From assembly GCA_965602195.1 (NCBI GenBank), contig CBFCYF010000002.1, positions 1 to 62,295 of the forward strand: DNA of 62,295 bases, in the 5' to 3' direction. The notes under the pieces were generated by a model. The model had not been told where the DNA came from. It was given only the letters and a program-made list of their open reading frames with translations, and did not search any database. This document shows positions 58,395 to 62,295 of this stretch, in pieces (positions within the stretch are counted from its first letter, which is position 1; every line of letters starts with the position of its first letter). The position numbers and the translations under genes are program-made. The stretch is from an uncultured archaeon (lineage in GTDB: Archaea; Altiarchaeota; Altiarchaeia; IMC4; QMZM01).

Positions 58395-59555
58395 ATGAAA
58401 AAAAAAGATATAACAAAAATTGTCTATGCAGTACCCATCATCCTACTGAAGGTGTTGTTATATCCCTTCACCTTAATTGCGAGATTTTTTAGATGGTTAA
58501 CTACTGCCATCATCAGTGTTCTGAGGCCCGCCATGGCTATTATCACAAAATTTATCCTTTCACTTCACCTAAAGCTGGGTTTCTTATTCCCCTCGAATAC
58601 CAGAAAATGGCTACACAACATTTTTATATACTCTGGGATTACTCAAAACCCTGAGGAGGCATTGGGTGTGACACTACTCTACAGCCTTATGTTCCCTATA
58701 GTCACTGCCTTGATTACTCTTTTTTTTATGGATTTTCCTATTGAGTTGGTTATTTCATCCTTTATTGCCGTATTTCTTGCGGTATGGGTGCTTATGTACA
58801 TAATACTCCAGGTTATGATTGACCGACGAACTACTAACATAGAACATGTGCTGCCTGATCTGTTGTCATTAATAAGCCAGAATATGAGGGCAGGGATGAC
58901 ACCATATAATGCATTATGGGCTGCTTCGAGACCAGAATTTGGGCCGCTGGCATTAGAACTGCAAATCGTTGCCCAAGATACTCTAGCCGGAGTCTCTCTA
59001 GAGGATGCATTGCTGAACGTCACTAAACGAGTAAAATCTGCAAAATTGGATAGATGTATCAGATTAATGGTTCAGGGGATGAGATCCGGAGGTGAACTCC
59101 CCTCAGTACTGCAGGAAATTGCAGAGGGCATCAGATCAGAACAAAACCTAAAAAAGAGGATGGCAGCCGAAACGACATCACAGGTATTATTCATTGTGTT
59201 TGCATTAGTAATCGGCGCACCCATGTTGTTTGCCGCCTCTCATCAATTCGTCACCGTATTCGCTCAAACGTTTTCTTCCATAGGTCTGTCGGAGGGCACA
59301 TCACGCGGAGATTCCTTAATACAGCTAGAGGGATTCGCTATTGAACCAGGATTTTTCTCTCTCTACGCCATCTGTGTGTTAATCGTCTCCTCTTTCTTTG
59401 GTTCATTAATAATAAACATCATGAAAAATGGCGAGATGCTTTCTGCCTCGGGAATAACCCTCATCCCCCTGCTCATGGTTCTCTCCGTAGCTGTCTTCTG
59501 TGTGCTGGATACTCTTCTCGGTTCCTTATTCCAGGGTATGATCTCAACCATCTGA
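58395..59555 (+). CDS. TadC/FlaJ-like membrane protein (T2SS F domain)
   Basis: Second T2SSF-like domain (LLSLISQNMRAGMTPYNALW...). Confidence 0.65.
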   Translation: MKKKDITKIVYAVPIILLKVLLYPFTLIARFFRWLTTAIISVLRPAMAIITKFILSLHLKLGFLFPSNTRKWLHNIFIYSGITQNPEEALGVTLLYSLMFPIVTALITLFFMDFPIELVISSFIAVFLAVWVLMYIILQVMIDRRTTNIEHVLPDLLSLISQNMRAGMTPYNALWAASRPEFGPLALELQIVAQDTLAGVSLEDALLNVTKRVKSAKLDRCIRLMVQGMRSGGELPSVLQEIAEGIRSEQNLKKRMAAETTSQVLFIVFALVIGAPMLFAASHQFVTVFAQTFSSIGLSEGTSRGDSLIQLEGFAIEPGFFSLYAICVLIVSSFFGSLIINIMKNGEMLSASGITLIPLLMVLSVAVFCVLDTLLGSLFQGMISTI

Positions 59556-59660
59556 CTTTGTAAAAGAAAGCGTTGGCGGAAAGAAAAGGAATCTGCTCAA
59601 CCCTTTCTTTGTAAAAGAAAGCGTTGGCGGAAAGAAAAGGAATCTGCTTCCAGCAGATTC
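59556..59660. repeat. 2 x 42-bp direct repeat (51-bp period) ending in a 9-bp-stem hairpin
   Basis: ctttgtaaaagaaagcgttggcggaaagaaaaggaatctgct occurs at 59556-59597 and 59607-59648, followed by the hairpin gaatctgct-tcc-agcagattc. Confidence 0.85.
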
Positions 59661-59687
59661 ACTGTTTGGTATTAACTCCGTCAAATC

Positions 59688-59790
59688 TACGTAATACCTA
59701 TAAAATTTGTGTAGTAGATACTGAAATATATTATATCTGTATTACGTAATAGTACCGAATGCTATCGAAAAGTGTGACGTATTACGTAAA
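59688..59790. promoter_or_regulatory. Array of three (T)TACGTA(A) palindromes
   Basis: TACGTA at 59688, ATTACGTAAT (a perfect 10-mer) at 59741-59750, and TTACGTAA at 59782-59789, all in a convergent 3'-3' intergenic region. Confidence 0.4.
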
Positions 59791-59843
59791 ACAGGCAGAG
59801 TTAGAGCTTTAGGCGTTCTATTTCTCCGGTGTTTCAGTCACAA

Positions 59844-60515
59844 TCATCCGAGTATCTCATGGGGGCTGTTTTCTCCAAACCTTAACTTAAATGATTCTGT
59901 GGCGAGAAAGCCGGAGCAGTGTCTCGGCAGGGCGTATTCAACGCCCAAGGCCTTAATTTGTGACACAACATCCCCTATCATCTCCTTGTTACTGCCTGTT
60001 AGGTGGAAGCCGCCCATCACCGTATCCACGTCCGGATTTAACTCCTTTGCCTTTCTTGTAATTTCGACGATGCCGGGATGCGCACATCCCGTAATCAATA
60101 AGTTCCCCGCAATAAGGGATTGCTCCCTGATCTGATCTCCTAGTTCACCGGTAGTTAACGTGTTCTCTGTGATATGGAAGGGTTCTGAGACCTCGATCAA
60201 TTCCGCCTTCTCTCTGATGGCTGATTTCAGTTCCTCTGAAAATGACTTTAGGGCGTATACCCTTAAGTTTGAGTTCTTTCCCAGGATAAAGGGTAAACCG
60301 CCTATGTGATCCCAGTGCTCATGGGACAAAAACACCATCCCGATATCCTCTGCCCTGATGTCTAAAGCATACATATTCCTTCCTAGAATATCCGGGTTGC
60401 CTCCAGTATCAAACAGAATATTTTCTCCGTTGATCTCCACAAGGCAGGAAAAGCCCCATGCTTTCTCCAGGTTTTTTATCATGTTGTCATAAAGAATCCT
60501 AACCCGCATTTCCAC
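59844..60515 (-). CDS. Metallo-beta-lactamase fold hydrolase
   Basis: HEHWDHIGG motif. Confidence 0.8.
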   Translation of the reverse strand: MEMRVRILYDNMIKNLEKAWGFSCLVEINGENILFDTGGNPDILGRNMYALDIRAEDIGMVFLSHEHWDHIGGLPFILGKNSNLRVYALKSFSEELKSAIREKAELIEVSEPFHITENTLTTGELGDQIREQSLIAGNLLITGCAHPGIVEITRKAKELNPDVDTVMGGFHLTGSNKEMIGDVVSQIKALGVEYALPRHCSGFLATESFKLRFGENSPHEILG

Positions 60516-60681
60516 ACCTCATACACTATTAGAGCTAATCCTTAAGTAAACAGCTTTGTTAAAGAGACATAGAAGAGCACGGAAATACTCACAGAGGGAT
60601 ATAGAGAACGCCCTGCGCCATGTTGTGTTAAACATCGACTAGTAAAAAAATAATCTGTGAACCCCTACTCACAGTTGTTCA

Positions 60682-61164
60682 TTACCTCTTATACCCTATC
60701 TTCGTCAGAAACTCCTGTCTCTCCTCTGTTTCTTTCTCGTCCTCAACACCTAATGGGGTTTCGCCGTCTATCACTCCGAGAATGCCTCTTCCTTTTTCTG
60801 TTTCTGCAACGAGAATCTGGAGGGGGTTGGCTGTTGCGCAGAATATCCTACATACCTCGGGACAGTTTTTTATCTGGTTCAATACGTTTATCGGGAAGCA
60901 GTCTTTCAGGAATATGATGAAGGAGTGTCCTGCCCCTATTTTTCTGGCGTTTCTGGTTGCCAGATCCACTAGTTGGGGGTCGGTACCTTCCTTCCTGATA
61001 AGTCTGTCGCCTGATGCCTCACAGAAAGCCAGCCCGAATTTAATCCCAGGCACTGCCGTAACCAGAATTTCATAGAGGTCCTCCACGCTTTTGATGAAAT
61101 GCGTCTGTCCTAAAATAAGATTCAGGGACTCTGGATTCTCTATATCTAATACCTCGGTTTCCAT
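60682..61164 (-). CDS. Conserved hypothetical protein (possibly the adenosine-specific kinase-like family)
   Basis: ORF only; the family assignment is tentative. Confidence 0.3.
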   Translation of the reverse strand: METEVLDIENPESLNLILGQTHFIKSVEDLYEILVTAVPGIKFGLAFCEASGDRLIRKEGTDPQLVDLATRNARKIGAGHSFIIFLKDCFPINVLNQIKNCPEVCRIFCATANPLQILVAETEKGRGILGVIDGETPLGVEDEKETEERQEFLTKIGYKR

Positions 61165-61279
61165 CTTGTTACCTTAATTCTTAAATTAGATATAGGAAAA
61201 TAAAACACAGTATCTGAGGTTAAAAAAAATTGCTTCGCAATTTTTAACTTGTATACTTTCGTATACAATAAAAAATCAG

Positions 61280-61735
61280 CTATCCCTTAATTCTCTCAAG
61301 TGCATTATCATCTATGCTGTGCTCGAATTTCACAACGTCGTGGACTGGGTAGGCTTCCATTGGCATAACCTCCAGCTTGGTTAGGAATTCCTCGAGGCCT
61401 TTATGGTTATCAGGGGTTAATACCTCGACTATGATCTTCCCATCAAATGTCCTGAATACTTTTCTCACTTCCTCGAATTCAGCTATGTGTCGTGCTATGC
61501 CTTTGGATCGTAGGGGGGGTGCTTCGATCAGGATGAAACCCATCTGCAGACCCAGCTCATGGGGGTGTAGGATTGCGGAGAATTTCTTTATTATGCCTTT
61601 TTTCACTAGTCTCTCCGCTCTTGTGAAAACGGTTGTGTGGGGTACACCCAGCTTTTGCCCGAGTTCACGGAAACTTAGTCTTGCGTCTTTCTGGAGGTGT
61701 TTTATTATGTTCAGGTCTAGATTATCGATTTTCAT
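61280..61735 (-). CDS. Lrp/AsnC-family transcription regulator
   Basis: HTH LDLNIIKHLQKDARLSFRELGQKLGVPHTTVFTRAERL; the start was moved to MKIDNL. Confidence 0.7.
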   Translation of the reverse strand: MKIDNLDLNIIKHLQKDARLSFRELGQKLGVPHTTVFTRAERLVKKGIIKKFSAILHPHELGLQMGFILIEAPPLRSKGIARHIAEFEEVRKVFRTFDGKIIVEVLTPDNHKGLEEFLTKLEVMPMEAYPVHDVVKFEHSIDDNALERIKG

Positions 61736-61834
61736 TATTGTATAATATATTGGGTTTATAGTATATAAATAGACAATATCTGGATGAAGAAACATAAATC
61801 CAAATAATATCTAAAAAATCCAGAAAGCAGAAAC

Positions 61835-62257
61835 TCAGCCGACAACACTATCCTTCACCTCATTAAGCACCCCCTCAACAACCCTATACAACCTTCTGAC
61901 ATCTCTCAAAGAAACATTATACGCCAGAGCCCTGTCACTCCTACCCACCCTATAAACAGCATAAAGTTTACTGAACTTACCTCTGCTTATCCCCCGCGCC
62001 ACCACATACTCCTCAAATCCCTGGCGGCTGTAGTCTTTGTTTCTAAGGATACAACGTATCATATACATTCCACGCAATCTGAGGATCAGGGAATAAACTG
62101 CTCCTGCAAGGTCGCCGTCCAGCTCCAGATCCCTGGCTACATCCAGCGTCATCTCCACATTCTCATAATACCTGCTTATCTCATCTGGGCCCAGCCTGTA
62201 ATCTCTTAGGCTTTCAAGCAGTGTTTCGTTCATGATCGGTATTGCTTCCCGTATCAT
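61835..62257 (-). CDS. Hypothetical protein
   Basis: ORF only. Confidence 0.35.
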   Translation of the reverse strand: MIREAIPIMNETLLESLRDYRLGPDEISRYYENVEMTLDVARDLELDGDLAGAVYSLILRLRGMYMIRCILRNKDYSRQGFEEYVVARGISRGKFSKLYAVYRVGRSDRALAYNVSLRDVRRLYRVVEGVLNEVKDSVVG

Positions 62258-62295
62258 GGTGTGGTATGTGGCGGGGTTTTCTTTGATGTATTTCT

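Noticed and set aside
59556-59650. Mini-CRISPR array
   Set aside because: There are only two repeat copies with a 9-bp spacer, no cas genes, and the repeat is purine-rich and unlike CRISPR repeats.

Overview
This window looks like an archaeal chromosomal segment of roughly 40% GC. It is gene-dense, with many 4-nt and short gene overlaps. Housekeeping genes mark it as archaeal: an intron-containing tRNA-Ile, RNase P Pop5, Kae1-associated kinase Bud32, DUF211, UPF0147, CDP-archaeol synthase, archaeal-type iPGM, HMG-CoA reductase, an M. jannaschii-like TyrRS, type IA topoisomerase, ATP-dependent DNA ligase and deoxyhypusine synthase. The sparse metabolism and abundance of secreted, Cys- and Thr-rich surface proteins suggest a small-genome (possibly DPANN-like) lineage, but that is inference. 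The accessory content comes first. (1) A same-strand surface locus (1514-9587) is built around four paralogous membrane proteins sharing a two-helix hairpin motif with a VirB2/TrbC/CedA1 pilin-like topology. It carries a 1174-aa adhesin-like giant with a perfect 2x363-bp internal duplication and Thr-rich coding minisatellites, and appears to have disrupted a PiT phosphate transporter gene. (2) A GC-rich island (14148-17647, about 55-58% GC) lies next to tRNA-Arg and encodes two secreted proteins. (3) An intact IS481-family insertion sequence is present. (4) A ~123-bp structured repeat family occurs at 12974 and 29846-30127. (5) A 1763-aa alpha-2-macroglobulin-like protein has membrane-spanning segments in its middle. 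(6) An envelope glycosylation cluster lies next to a Tad/FlaI-type pilus ATPase with two TadB/TadC-like membrane proteins. (7) Intergenic repeat and palindrome arrays follow at 59556-59790. There are no rRNA genes and no CRISPR arrays.
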